Below, piece by piece: positions 30,474 to 39,662 of a stretch of 64,000 nt of DNA. The position numbers and the translations under genes were made by a program. The stretch comes from Rhizomicrobium sp. (GTDB lineage Bacteria > Pseudomonadota > Alphaproteobacteria > Micropepsales > Micropepsaceae): positions 192,331-256,330 of the forward strand of contig DASXFU010000039.1 in assembly GCA_036489435.1 (NCBI GenBank), given 5' to 3'. Numbering within the stretch: the stretch's first letter is position 1; the number at the start of each line of letters is the position of its first letter. Below the pieces are notes generated by a model. The model saw only the letters and a list, made by a program, of their open reading frames with translations. It did not search any database and was not told where the DNA came from.

Positions 30474-30752
30474 ATGAGCATTAAGGACGTCCTGCGAGAC
30501 AAATTGACCGCGGCCTTCGCGCCGCTGTCGCTCGACGTGATCGACGACAGCGCGCTGCATGCCGGGCACGCCGGCGCGCGCCCGGGCGGCGAGACACATT
30601 TCCGTGTGCGCATCGTGTCGCGGGCGTTTGCTGGGATGGGGCGCGTGGAGCGGCAGCGCCACGTCTACGCAGTGTTGGCCGAGGAGATGAGCGGTCGCGT
30701 CCACGCCCTGGCGCTGACGGTGCTGGCTCCAGAAGAACAATCGCCCTCCTAA
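30474..30752 (+). CDS. bolA: BolA-family protein
   Basis: DDSALHAGHAG...GETHFRVRIVS..F.G..RVERQR.VY...VHALAL. Confidence 0.95.
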   Translation: MSIKDVLRDKLTAAFAPLSLDVIDDSALHAGHAGARPGGETHFRVRIVSRAFAGMGRVERQRHVYAVLAEEMSGRVHALALTVLAPEEQSPS

Positions 30753-30759
30753 CCACCAC

Positions 30760-30883
30760 CGTCATGGCCGGGCTTGTCCCGGCCACCCATAACCGCCGTG
30801 CTTGCCGGAAAAGATAACGGCGGTCCGTGTTGTCCCGTTTGCCACTGAGGGTATGGGTGGCCGGGACAAGCCCGGCCATGACG
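30760..30883. repeat. Palindromic REP doublet, subfamily B (CGTCATGGCCGGGCTTGTCCCGGCCACCCATA...)
   Basis: Perfect inverted arms; spacer is homologous to that of 49310-49433 in the opposite orientation. Confidence 0.93.
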
Positions 30884-30919
30884 ATTTTGGTTTCGTTGAT
30901 TTGGTCGAGCGAGTGACCC

Positions 30920-32209
30920 TCACTCCTGTTCCGGATCGTCCTGTTGCGGCGGCATGATCCTCAGCGCGGTGATCTGGTTCCGCTGCCGCCGCAAAATCTC
31001 AAACTGGAACCCGTGGAATGCGAATCTCTGCCGCGCCTCCGGGATCGCGCGGGCTTCGTGGATGACGAGGCCGGCGACGGTGGTGGCCTCCTCGTCCGGC
31101 AGGTTCCAGTCGAGTTCGCGGTTGAGTTCGCGGATGGGCGTGCCGCCATCCACGACATAGGAGCCGTCGGCCTGCTTGCGGATGGTACCGCGCGAATCGG
31201 CTTGCTGGTCGTCGGGGATGTCGCCCAGGATTTCGTCGAGGATGTCCTCACGGGTGATCACGCCCTGCAGGCCGCCATACTCGTCCACCACCAGCGCGAA
31301 ATGCGAGCGGCGCTGGCGGAAGGCACGCAGTTGCTCTTCCAGCGTGGTGGTGTCGGGCACGAACCACGGCTCGATCATCAGCGACAGAATGTCGAAGCCC
31401 TCGAACGAGCCGTGGCGCTTGGCATATTCCTTCACGACATCGCCCGCGCGCAGCACGCCCACGATGTTCTCCGGCGTGCCGCGCCACACCGGCACGCGGC
31501 TGTGCTCGGCGGCGGTGAGCGCGTCGAACAGCGCGTCCGGCGGCTGGTCGGCATCGACGGCGATGACGGCGCGGCGATGCACCATCACATCCGCGATCTG
31601 GAGTTCGCGCAGATCGAGCACGCCCGTCAGCATGTCGCGATGGGCGCGCTCCACATTGCCTTCCTGGTGATGGACCTCCACCGTGCCGCGGATGTCCTCA
31701 TGCGGCTCGACCACGTCGCCGCTCTCCTCCTGGCGCAATCCGAATATCCGCAGCACCCACCACACCACCACCTGCACCGTGCCAACGATAGGGGCGAGCA
31801 GGGTGACGAACAGCGCGACCGGCCGCGCCACGGTGAGCGCGACGCGGTCCGTCCGCGCGATGGCGAGCGTCTTGGGCAGCACCTCGGCGAAGATGAGGAT
31901 CAGCAGCGTCATCGCGATGGTGGTGATGATGACGGCGGTCTGCCCGAAGCGTATCGCCAGCACGTCGGTGGCAAGAGATGAGGCCAGGATGTTGACGAAG
32001 GTGTTGCCCAGGAGCAGCGCGCCGATCAGCCGCTCGCGGTTCTCGACCAGCCGGTTGATGCGGGCGGCGGCGCGCGATCCGTCTTTCTCGAGCTGATGCA
32101 TCCGCCCCTTGGACACGGCGGTGAGCGCCGTCTCCGATCCGGAGAAGAATCCCGAAGCGACGATGAGGACCAGAACGATCCCGGCGGAGATGACTATGGT
32201 GCTGTCCAT
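30920..32209 (-). CDS. HlyC/CorC (CNNM) family transporter
   Basis: FFSGSETAL, LLGNTFVNI, AEVLPKT, CBS pair, VVDEYG, CorC C-terminal domain. Confidence 0.94.
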   Translation of the reverse strand: MDSTIVISAGIVLVLIVASGFFSGSETALTAVSKGRMHQLEKDGSRAAARINRLVENRERLIGALLLGNTFVNILASSLATDVLAIRFGQTAVIITTIAMTLLILIFAEVLPKTLAIARTDRVALTVARPVALFVTLLAPIVGTVQVVVWWVLRIFGLRQEESGDVVEPHEDIRGTVEVHHQEGNVERAHRDMLTGVLDLRELQIADVMVHRRAVIAVDADQPPDALFDALTAAEHSRVPVWRGTPENIVGVLRAGDVVKEYAKRHGSFEGFDILSLMIEPWFVPDTTTLEEQLRAFRQRRSHFALVVDEYGGLQGVITREDILDEILGDIPDDQQADSRGTIRKQADGSYVVDGGTPIRELNRELDWNLPDEEATTVAGLVIHEARAIPEARQRFAFHGFQFEILRRQRNQITALRIMPPQQDDPEQE

Positions 32210-32220
32210 TATCTTTCTTC

Positions 32221-33312
32221 CTAGGCGAGGAGCGCCTGCACCGCGTCCATGGGGACGTCGGAGGTCACAAAAGCTTGCCCGATGCCGCGGGCGAGGATGA
32301 AGGTGAGTTTGCCGTCGCGTGCTTTCTTGTCGTGCATCATGTGGCGGATCAGCGTTCCGGCGGAAAGGTGCGGGCCGGAGAGGTCGGCGATGGAAGCGGG
32401 CAAGCCCATCGCGCGCAGATGCGCCTCGATCCGTTCGGCGTCGGATGCGGGCGCAAGGCCCAGCGTCGCCGACAGCCGGAACGCCAGCGCCGTGCCGATG
32501 GCGACGGCCTCGCCATGCAGCAGCCGGTCGGAGAAGCCCGTCGCCGCTTCCAGCGCGTGGCCGAAGGTGTGGCCGAGATTGAGCAGCGCGCGCTCGCCGG
32601 TCTCCCGCTCGTCGCGCGCCACGATCTCCGCTTTCATGCGGCAGGAATGCGCGACCATGTACGTGCGCGCGGCCGTGTCACCCTTCGCGGCTTTGGGCCC
32701 GTTCGTTTCCAGCCATGCGAAGAAATCCGCATCGCCCAGCGCGCCATATTTCGCGACCTCGGCATAGCCCGCGAGGAATTCGCGCTCGGGCAGGGTGGCG
32801 AGCAGGCCGATATCGGCGAGCACGACACGCGGCTGGTGGAACAGGCCGACGAGGTTCTTGCCCTCCGGCGTGTTGATCGCCGTCTTGCCGCCGACGGAGG
32901 AGTCCACCTGCGCCAGAAGCGTGGTGGGGATTTGCGCAAAATCGATGCCGCGTTTGAGCACGCCGGCGGCGAAGCCCGTAAGATCGCCGATCACGCCGCC
33001 GCCAAAGGCCACAATCAGTCCGCCGCGCTCCACGCCCAGATTGAGCAGCGCGCCGGTCAGCCGTTCCAGCCCCGCGAAACTCTTCGTCGCCTCACCGGCC
33101 GCGACCACCACCGGCCGCGCGTCGAGCCCCGCCTTGCGCAGCGACGTCATCAGCGCATCGAGATGCAGCTTCGCCACGTTCTCATCCGTCACCACGGGCG
33201 TCACCCCGCGTGCGAAGGGCTTCAGCCGCTCGCCCGCCTCGCCCACCAGACCGGTGCCGACATGGATGTCATAGGCGCGGTCGCCCAGCCCGACGGTTAT
33301 GCTCTCGCTCAC
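32221..33312 (-). CDS. aroB: 3-dehydroquinate synthase
   Basis: GGGVIGDLTGF, PTTLLAQVDSSVGGKT, LNLGHTFGHALE; GTG start overlaps the aroK stop. Confidence 0.97.
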   Translation of the reverse strand: MSESITVGLGDRAYDIHVGTGLVGEAGERLKPFARGVTPVVTDENVAKLHLDALMTSLRKAGLDARPVVVAAGEATKSFAGLERLTGALLNLGVERGGLIVAFGGGVIGDLTGFAAGVLKRGIDFAQIPTTLLAQVDSSVGGKTAINTPEGKNLVGLFHQPRVVLADIGLLATLPEREFLAGYAEVAKYGALGDADFFAWLETNGPKAAKGDTAARTYMVAHSCRMKAEIVARDERETGERALLNLGHTFGHALEAATGFSDRLLHGEAVAIGTALAFRLSATLGLAPASDAERIEAHLRAMGLPASIADLSGPHLSAGTLIRHMMHDKKARDGKLTFILARGIGQAFVTSDVPMDAVQALLA

Positions 33313-33839
33313 TCCAGCACCTCGCGTTCCTTCAGCGCGGCCAAAATCCGGTCGACGGAAACCTGATGCGGTCCGTTCTCGCTGTCCACCGTGAGGTCGG
33401 CCTCGGCATAAAGCGGTTCGCGCTGGGCGAGAAGCCGCTCCAGGATTTCGCGCGGATCGCCGTCGCGCAGCAAAGGCCGCGTGTCGCGCCGCCCGACCCG
33501 GGCCAGCAGCACCTCCACCGGCGCCTTGATCCACACCGACATCGCACCCGCCTTGATTCGCGCCCGCGTCTCGGCATCGCAGAAGGCGCCACCGCCGGTC
33601 GCCAGGATGTGCGCAGGTTCGGTCAGCAGCCGGGTGATCACCTTGCGCTCGCCGTCCCGGAAAGCGCCCTCGCCGAAGCGGGCGAAGATCTCCGAGATGG
33701 TGCAGCCGGCCGCTTCCTCGATCTCGGTATCGGCATCGCGGAAGCCGACATTCAGCCGGGTGGCGAGGCGGCGGCCGAGGGAACTTTTCCCGGCCCCCAT
33801 CATCCCCACCAGCACCACCGTGCGATTCAAGCGGTCCAT
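33309..33839 (-). CDS. aroK: Shikimate kinase
   Basis: VGMMGAGKSSLG, FGEGAFRDGE, ATGGGA, RPLL. Confidence 0.96.
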   Translation of the reverse strand: MDRLNRTVVLVGMMGAGKSSLGRRLATRLNVGFRDADTEIEEAAGCTISEIFARFGEGAFRDGERKVITRLLTEPAHILATGGGAFCDAETRARIKAGAMSVWIKAPVEVLLARVGRRDTRPLLRDGDPREILERLLAQREPLYAEADLTVDSENGPHQVSVDRILAALKEREVLE

Positions 33840-33917
33840 GCCGTCCTCGCTAACATGCCGCTTGCGCGGACGGTAGGGTTTCCGCCACAAAGGACGCGAA
33901 CAAGCGGACATTTCGAC

Positions 33918-34058
33918 ATGGGTTGGACGGCGCGCATCGTCATCGCGGTCATCGTGCTTCTGGTGGTGGGCGCGGGGGCGCTTGGCATCTACGGCAGCAT
34001 GAAGACTCCCCCGCAACATGACATCGAGACGCCGGTCACGCCTCCAAGCGGCGGCTAA
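33918..34058 (+). CDS. Small single-TM hypothetical protein upstream of xerD
   Basis: MGWTARIVIAVIVLLVVGAGALGIYG...; abuts the xerD start. Confidence 0.6.
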   Translation: MGWTARIVIAVIVLLVVGAGALGIYGSMKTPPQHDIETPVTPPSGG

Positions 34059-34970
34059 GTGAGCCGCGACGCCGTCGAAGCCTTCCTCGACATGATGAGC
34101 GCCGAACGCGGCGCCAGCCGCAACACGCTGGAGGCCTATCGCCGCGACTTGGCCGCCTTTCATGGCGAGTTGGCGGGACGCGGCAAGGCTCTTAAGACCG
34201 CCACGCGCGAGGACGTGCGCAAGCACCTCGCCGGGCTGGCGGCCATCACCAAACCCTCCTCGCAGGCGCGGCGCCTGTCGGTGCTGCGCCAGTTCTACGG
34301 CTTCGCCTATAGCGAAGGCTGGCGAAAGGACGACCCCACCAACGCGCTGGACGCTCCCAAACGCGGACGCCCGCTGCCGAAAGTGCTGTCGCCGAAGAAT
34401 GTGGAGGACTTGCTGGACGAAGCGCGCAAGCCGAAGCGCAAGGAGAAGGCGGACGACGAAGACATCCGTCTCGCCTGCATCGTCGAACTGCTCTACGCCT
34501 CGGGCCTGCGCATTTCCGAGCTGGTGTCGCTCAAACTGGCTGCCGTGAAAGGCAAGCGCGACTTCCTGCACATCCGCGGCAAGGGCAACAAGGAACGCCT
34601 GGCGCCGCTCAACCAATCCGCCCGCGACTCCATCGCCGCCTATCTGACCGTTCGTCCGGACGCGGACAGCCCATTCCTGTTCCCCTCGCGCGGCGTGGAG
34701 GGCCATCTGACCCGCCGCCGCTGTCACCAACTGCTCAAAGAACTGGCAGTCCGCGCTGGCATCAACCCGGACAAACTCTCCCCGCACGTCCTGCGCCACG
34801 CCTTCGCGACGCACTTGGTGGAAGGCGGCGCCGACTTGCGAAGCGTGCAGACGCTGCTGGGCCACGCCGACATCGCCACGACGCAGATCTATACCCATGT
34901 GGCAAGAGATCGATTGAAACGGACCGTCGAGTCCGCGCATCCTCTTAGCAATAAGCGCTCGAAAGGCTGA
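34059..34970 (+). CDS. xerD: Tyrosine recombinase XerD
   Basis: AERGASRNTLEAYRRDL, LYASGLRISEL, SPHVLRHAFATHL, LLGHADIATTQIYTHV; aroK/accA context. Confidence 0.93.
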   Translation: MSRDAVEAFLDMMSAERGASRNTLEAYRRDLAAFHGELAGRGKALKTATREDVRKHLAGLAAITKPSSQARRLSVLRQFYGFAYSEGWRKDDPTNALDAPKRGRPLPKVLSPKNVEDLLDEARKPKRKEKADDEDIRLACIVELLYASGLRISELVSLKLAAVKGKRDFLHIRGKGNKERLAPLNQSARDSIAAYLTVRPDADSPFLFPSRGVEGHLTRRRCHQLLKELAVRAGINPDKLSPHVLRHAFATHLVEGGADLRSVQTLLGHADIATTQIYTHVARDRLKRTVESAHPLSNKRSKG

Positions 34971-34974
34971 TCCC

Positions 34975-35958
34975 GTGAGCTTCAGACCCGTTGTGCGGCA
35001 GGTGCCGCCGAGACTCTATCGTTCCAAGTTGTTCGTGCCGGGCGCGCGGCCTGCACTGTTCGAGAAGGCGGCTGCGAGTGCGGCGGATGTCGTGTGTCTC
35101 GATCTGGAAGACGCGGTGGCCCCCTCCGACAAGGACAAGGCGCGCGACAACATCGTGGCGGCGCTCAACGATGTGAATTGGGGCAGCAAGATCGTCACCG
35201 TCCGCATCAACGGGCTCGATACCGACTTCTGCTACCGCGATGTGCTGGCGCTGGTCGAGAAGGGCGGCGAGCGGCTGGATGCGATCATGATCCCCAAGGT
35301 CGGCAGCGGCGCGGATGTCTACGCCATCGACATGCTGATCACCCAAGCCTCCAGCTTCGTGAAGCGGAAGAAGAAGATCGGCCTCGAAGTCATCATCGAA
35401 ACGGTCTCCGGCCTCACCAACATCGACGCCATCGCATCCGCGTCGCCGCGCATGGAGACGCTGCATTTCGGAGCCGCGGACTTCGCCGCCAGCCAGGGCA
35501 TGCGCACAACCAACATCGGCGGCGGCAACGCGGATTACGTGATGCTCAGCGACGGACCAGGCGAACGCATGCGCCACTGGAACGATCTGTGGCACTACCC
35601 GCTGTTCCGCCTCTGCCAGGCCGCGCGCGCCAACGGCCTCGTGCCGATCGACGGTCCGTTCGGCGATTATTCCGATCCCGACGGTTTCCGCGTCCAGGCC
35701 AACCGCACCGCGATCCTCGGCTGCGAAGGCAAATGGGCGATCCATCCAAGCCAGGTGGCCCTCGCCAACGAGATCTATACGCCGCCCGAAAAAGAAGTCG
35801 CCCGCGCCGAAGCCATCCTCGCCGCCATGAAGGACGCACAGGAGAAGGGATTGGGCGCCGTCGCTCTGAACGGCGTGCTGATCGACGCGGCCTCGATCCG
35901 CCAGGCGGACGTGATCGTCAAGCAGATGACGATGATAAAGAATAAAGTTGGAGGTTGA
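34975..35958 (+). CDS. mcl: L-malyl-CoA/beta-methylmalyl-CoA lyase (CitE/HpcH family)
   Basis: RS.LFVPG, LDLEDAVAP, RINGLDT...YRDV, IDGPFGDYSDPDG, GKWAIHPSQ; closely resembles Mcl as recalled. Confidence 0.8.
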   Translation: MSFRPVVRQVPPRLYRSKLFVPGARPALFEKAAASAADVVCLDLEDAVAPSDKDKARDNIVAALNDVNWGSKIVTVRINGLDTDFCYRDVLALVEKGGERLDAIMIPKVGSGADVYAIDMLITQASSFVKRKKKIGLEVIIETVSGLTNIDAIASASPRMETLHFGAADFAASQGMRTTNIGGGNADYVMLSDGPGERMRHWNDLWHYPLFRLCQAARANGLVPIDGPFGDYSDPDGFRVQANRTAILGCEGKWAIHPSQVALANEIYTPPEKEVARAEAILAAMKDAQEKGLGAVALNGVLIDAASIRQADVIVKQMTMIKNKVGG

Positions 35959-36036
35959 GAACGTAGCGGACAAGCTTGACTATAAGGAATAGGCGCGTTG
36001 AACTAGCGTGATTTTATTTTCCGTTAGGATTTATCT

Positions 36037-36666
36037 ATGGGTGTTTTTGACAAGGCTAAATGTTTGACGGGATTCCACGAATGGTCGTCGTGGACCTATA
36101 AGCGTAGCGGTTCGTGTGAGCAAACGCGCTCCTGCAACCGGGCCGGTTGCCACAAAAGCGAATCCCGATCTGAGCACAAATGGCCAGCTTTCAAATACAT
36201 TGCGCAGGATTCCTGCCAGCAAACGCGCAAATGTTCTCGATGCAGCAAGAAAGAGACGCAGACCGCTGAGCATAAGTGGTCAAGCTGGAGCTTCGTCAAG
36301 AATGGCCAGTGTTACCAGAAACGAGTGTGCAGCCGATGTGACGAGGGGGAGCAGCGCCTGGAACACCTATGGGGTGTCTGGGACTATCAATCGCCGAATT
36401 CGTGCAGCCAAGTGCGCTTTTGCCGCCGCTGCGACAAGGGCAAAGAGGTACATGAGGCGGCCTTCCAGGATCATAAGTGGTCGCAGCCCAGGCGAATGAA
36501 TTGTGATGCCTCGATTCAGGCGTGTCAACATTGCGGAAAGATGCATACCAATTTCCTGTTTATGGGTGACAAACTTCATCTTTATGGTCCCTGGGAACGA
36601 AGTCCGGGCTCATCGAGAGAATTGCGAAGGTGTCGTGATTGTGGACATATCGAAAGGAATTTTTGA
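36037..36666 (+). CDS. Cys/His/Trp-rich tandem-repeat protein, putative multi-zinc-finger
   Basis: Six repeats of H-x-W...C-x-Q-x-R-x-C-x2-C; 18 Cys; visibly lower GC than the flanks. Confidence 0.8.
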   Translation: MGVFDKAKCLTGFHEWSSWTYKRSGSCEQTRSCNRAGCHKSESRSEHKWPAFKYIAQDSCQQTRKCSRCSKKETQTAEHKWSSWSFVKNGQCYQKRVCSRCDEGEQRLEHLWGVWDYQSPNSCSQVRFCRRCDKGKEVHEAAFQDHKWSQPRRMNCDASIQACQHCGKMHTNFLFMGDKLHLYGPWERSPGSSRELRRCRDCGHIERNF

Positions 36667-36670
36667 ATCG

Positions 36671-37558
36671 TTAGTACGTCGCTAGGCGGCTGAGCTTCTC
36701 CGGGTTCCGCACCGCGTACACCGCCGCGATCCTGTCGCCGTCGCAGTCGATGGTGAGGGCGGAGAAGATGGCCCCGTCCAGCGTCAGCAGCAGGCCGGGT
36801 TCGCCGTTGATGTCGATGAGCGACAATCCCGGCACGCCTTTGCCGGCATATTTGCGGGCCAGTCCCAAGAAGAAGCGGATGACTTTGTCGGCGCCATAGA
36901 CGGGATTGAGCGCCGCCGCGACGCGGCCGCCGCCGTCGGTGTAGGTGATGATGTCGGGTGCGAATAATGTTTCCAGTTCTTTCGGATCGGTGGAGACCGA
37001 GGCGGCGGCGAAGCGCAGCAGCAGGTCGCGGTGCTGCTCTGGCGTCGCGCGGCGTTTGGGGCGGCCGGTGCGGACGTGTTCGCGGGCCCGGGTGACGAGT
37101 TTGCGGCAGGCGGCTTCGCTTTTCTCCAGCGCGGCGGCGATCTCGGCGTAATCGCAATCGAAGGCGTCGTGCAGGATGAGGGCGGCGCGTTCCTCCGGCG
37201 ACAGGCGCTCCAGCACGTGCAGCAGCGCCAGCGACAAATCCGAGGCGAGTTCGGCGCGGGCGGCGGGTGCGTCGGCGGCGAAGGCGCGGGCGTCGTCGGG
37301 CAGGATCGGCTCGGGCAGCCACGGGCCGACATAGGTTTCGCGCCGGGCGCGCAGCTTGCGCAAGGCGTCGAGCGAGAGGCGCACCGTCGCGGCGGAGAGC
37401 CAGGCGCGGGGATCGCGGATATCTTTCGCATCGGCGCGCTGCCAGCGCAGCCAAGCCTCCTGCACCACGTCTTCGGCGGCCGCCATCTCGCCCAGCATGC
37501 GATAGGCAATATTGCGCAGATGTCCGCGCTGGCGCTCGAAGACGGCCGTGTCGCTCAT
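36671..37558 (-). CDS. sigJ: ECF41-type sigma factor (SigJ-like, C-terminal SnoaL-like domain)
   Basis: IAYRMLG...AEDVVQEAWLRW, YVGPWLPEP, DGGGRV, RNPEKL. Confidence 0.93.
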   Translation of the reverse strand: MSDTAVFERQRGHLRNIAYRMLGEMAAAEDVVQEAWLRWQRADAKDIRDPRAWLSAATVRLSLDALRKLRARRETYVGPWLPEPILPDDARAFAADAPAARAELASDLSLALLHVLERLSPEERAALILHDAFDCDYAEIAAALEKSEAACRKLVTRAREHVRTGRPKRRATPEQHRDLLLRFAAASVSTDPKELETLFAPDIITYTDGGGRVAAALNPVYGADKVIRFFLGLARKYAGKGVPGLSLIDINGEPGLLLTLDGAIFSALTIDCDGDRIAAVYAVRNPEKLSRLATY

Positions 37559-38091
37559 GCGGCTTTCAACACCGTGACCTCCGCATCGCCGATGCGCACG
37601 CGCTGACAGATCTTCGCGTGACCCATTGCGCGCTTTAGCACCGGAAAATTCCGCGCCGCCATCGCGATGTAGGTGAGCGAGATGAGCGCCTTCTGGCCCC
37701 AGCGCGCGGTGATCGTCTCACGAAGATCATCGAGATTATCGGAAGCTTTGAGCAATGCGCGGGCATAGTCGAATCCCAGTTGCGCATCGGCATCCGTTGG
37801 CGCGCCGGAGAGTAGCGCCTTGATCGTCTCACCCTTCATGCCTTGCTCGACGGCCTGGTCGGAGGCGATCTGCACGCAGGGGCCGCAATCCTCCACCAGC
37901 GCGCCCGAGATGGCGGCGGCGAGGAAGGCATCGCGCGGCGCGTGTGCCGGCCAGCGCAGCATCATCTGCACGCGCGCGAAGCGCCAGAACGCACCCAGCG
38001 AGAGATCGGCCAGTTCGTGGAGATAGGTCGCGTCATAGGCATAGCGCGCCTCGAAGCGGCGGAGATACCAGTGCAGCAGGGGCTTCAGCAT
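37555..38091 (-). CDS. AhpD/carboxymuconolactone decarboxylase-like protein
   Basis: EDCGPCVQ CxxC motif; ECF41 operon context. Confidence 0.7.
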   Translation of the reverse strand: MLKPLLHWYLRRFEARYAYDATYLHELADLSLGAFWRFARVQMMLRWPAHAPRDAFLAAAISGALVEDCGPCVQIASDQAVEQGMKGETIKALLSGAPTDADAQLGFDYARALLKASDNLDDLRETITARWGQKALISLTYIAMAARNFPVLKRAMGHAKICQRVRIGDAEVTVLKAA

Positions 38092-38498
38092 CACGCCTCT
38101 CCCTTGCGGAATTGCTGCACGGCCAGTGCCAGCCCCAGCAGCCCCACAAGAACGACGCCCAGCCCTTCGCTCACCCAGAGCTGTGCGGTGGGCGGCGGAT
38201 GGTCCGCGATCCACTCCCAGACATGGAACAGTGCATGCAGCGCCGGCCAGATGGAGCCGGCCAGCGCCAAGGTGGTGGCCGTGCGGCCTCGCCACAAAGC
38301 GGCCAGGAAGCCCGCGCCGCTGGCGAGGAAGGCGAAGCCGATATCCATGACGAAATGCGGGTTGAAGGGGCCGGTTTCGGCCACGCCGGGTACGGCGGCG
38401 TACCAGGCGGCGGGAGCCAACAGCATATAAACGCCGTTAATTCCATGGAACAGGCCCAGGAAACCCAGGAACCAGCGGGCAAAAGACCGGGAAAACAT
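38091..38498 (-). CDS. Four-TM membrane protein
   Basis: NGVYML.AP..WY..VPGV..TGPFNPHFV.DIG; GGAGG RBS. Confidence 0.8.
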   Translation of the reverse strand: MFSRSFARWFLGFLGLFHGINGVYMLLAPAAWYAAVPGVAETGPFNPHFVMDIGFAFLASGAGFLAALWRGRTATTLALAGSIWPALHALFHVWEWIADHPPPTAQLWVSEGLGVVLVGLLGLALAVQQFRKGEA

Positions 38499-38524
38499 CG
38501 TGAAACCTCCGTCCTCCCCCTTAA

Positions 38525-38551
38525 GACGCGCCAGCCCTGGGATTTGGGACA
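38525..38551 (-). promoter_or_regulatory. ECF41 promoter TGTCCCA-N16-CGTC
   Basis: One mismatch to the ECF41 consensus TGTCACA-N16-CGTC; directly upstream of the sigJ operon. Confidence 0.8.
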
Positions 38552-38641
38552 GATGTCCTTTTGTTGACAGGCCGGGGAGCAGTTGCCACTTAATCAGTCC
38601 GGCAAATCACCCGTCCGGCCCCCCTTCGGACCCCTGATCGT

Positions 38642-39607
38642 ATGACCATACACGCCTATCTGGAATTCGAACGCCCCATCGCCGAGCTCGAAGGCAAGAT
38701 CGTGGAGCTGCGCCAGCTCGCGGCCGCCGATCCGTCGATGGATATCGAGGACGACGTCTCCCGGCTGCAGGCCAAGGCTTCGACGCTGATCAACGACACC
38801 TATGCCAAGCTCACGCCCTGGCAGAAGGCGCTGGTCGCCCGCCATCCGGCGCGGCCGCACATGTCGGAATATCTCGCCCAGCTCATCGACGAGTTCACGC
38901 CGCTGGCCGGCGACCGGCTGTTCGGCGAGGATCGCGCGGTGGTGGCGGGGCTCGGGCGTTTCCGCGGGCAATCCGTCGCCATCGTGGGCCATGAGAAGGG
39001 CAATGACACCAAGAGCCGTCTCAAGCACAATTTCGGCATGGCGATGCCCGAAGGCTATCGCAAGGCCCAGCGCCTGTTCGAGCTGGCGGACCGTTTCAAG
39101 CTGCCGGTGCTCTCCTTCGCCGATACGCAGGGCGCCTATCCCGGCGTCGGCGCCGAGGAGCGCGGGCAGGCGGAAGCCATCGCGCGCTCCACGCAGGCCT
39201 GCCTCGCGCTCACCGTGCCCTTCGTGGCCACGATCATCGGCGAGGGCATGTCCGGCGGCGCGCTCGGCATCGCGGTGGCGAACCGCGTCTACATGCTGGA
39301 GCACTCGATCTATTCGGTGATCTCGCCGGAAGGCTGCGCCTCCATCCTGTGGCGCAGCTCCGACAAGGCGCAGGACGCGGCCGCCGCGCTGCGCATCACC
39401 GCGCAGGACCTGCTGGAGCTGAAAGTCATCGACGGCATCGTTCCCGAGCCGCCGGGCGGCGCCCATCGCGCCCCGCAGGACACCATCGACGCCGTCGGCG
39501 AACAGATCGCGCATGCGCTCAGCGACATGAGCGGCATGTCTCCCGACGAGATCCGCAAACAGCGCCGCGACAAGTACCTCGCGATGGGCCGCAACCTCGA
39601 CGCTTAG
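38642..39607 (+). CDS. accA: Acetyl-CoA carboxylase carboxyltransferase subunit alpha
   Basis: YLEFERPIAEL, ARHP.RP, NFGM..PEGYRKA, GAEERGQAEAIA, YSVISPEGCASILW. Confidence 0.98.
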   Translation: MTIHAYLEFERPIAELEGKIVELRQLAAADPSMDIEDDVSRLQAKASTLINDTYAKLTPWQKALVARHPARPHMSEYLAQLIDEFTPLAGDRLFGEDRAVVAGLGRFRGQSVAIVGHEKGNDTKSRLKHNFGMAMPEGYRKAQRLFELADRFKLPVLSFADTQGAYPGVGAEERGQAEAIARSTQACLALTVPFVATIIGEGMSGGALGIAVANRVYMLEHSIYSVISPEGCASILWRSSDKAQDAAAALRITAQDLLELKVIDGIVPEPPGGAHRAPQDTIDAVGEQIAHALSDMSGMSPDEIRKQRRDKYLAMGRNLDA

Positions 39608-39619
39608 CGCAATCCACCC

Positions 39620-39652
39620 TCGTCATGGCCGGGACAAGCCCGGCCATGACGA
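39620..39652. repeat. Single REP hairpin TCGTCATGGCCGGGACAAGCCCGGCCATGACGA
   Basis: Perfect stem between convergent accA and pit; could act as a terminator. Confidence 0.9.
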
Positions 39653-39662
39653 TGAAAAGCGT

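Noticed and set aside
34059-34970. Tyrosine recombinase as a phage or island integrase
   Set aside because: Sequence and aroK/accA context fit housekeeping XerD; no att sites or phage genes seen
36037-36666. Multiheme cytochrome interpretation of the Cys/His-rich protein
   Set aside because: No canonical CxxCH motifs and no signal peptide
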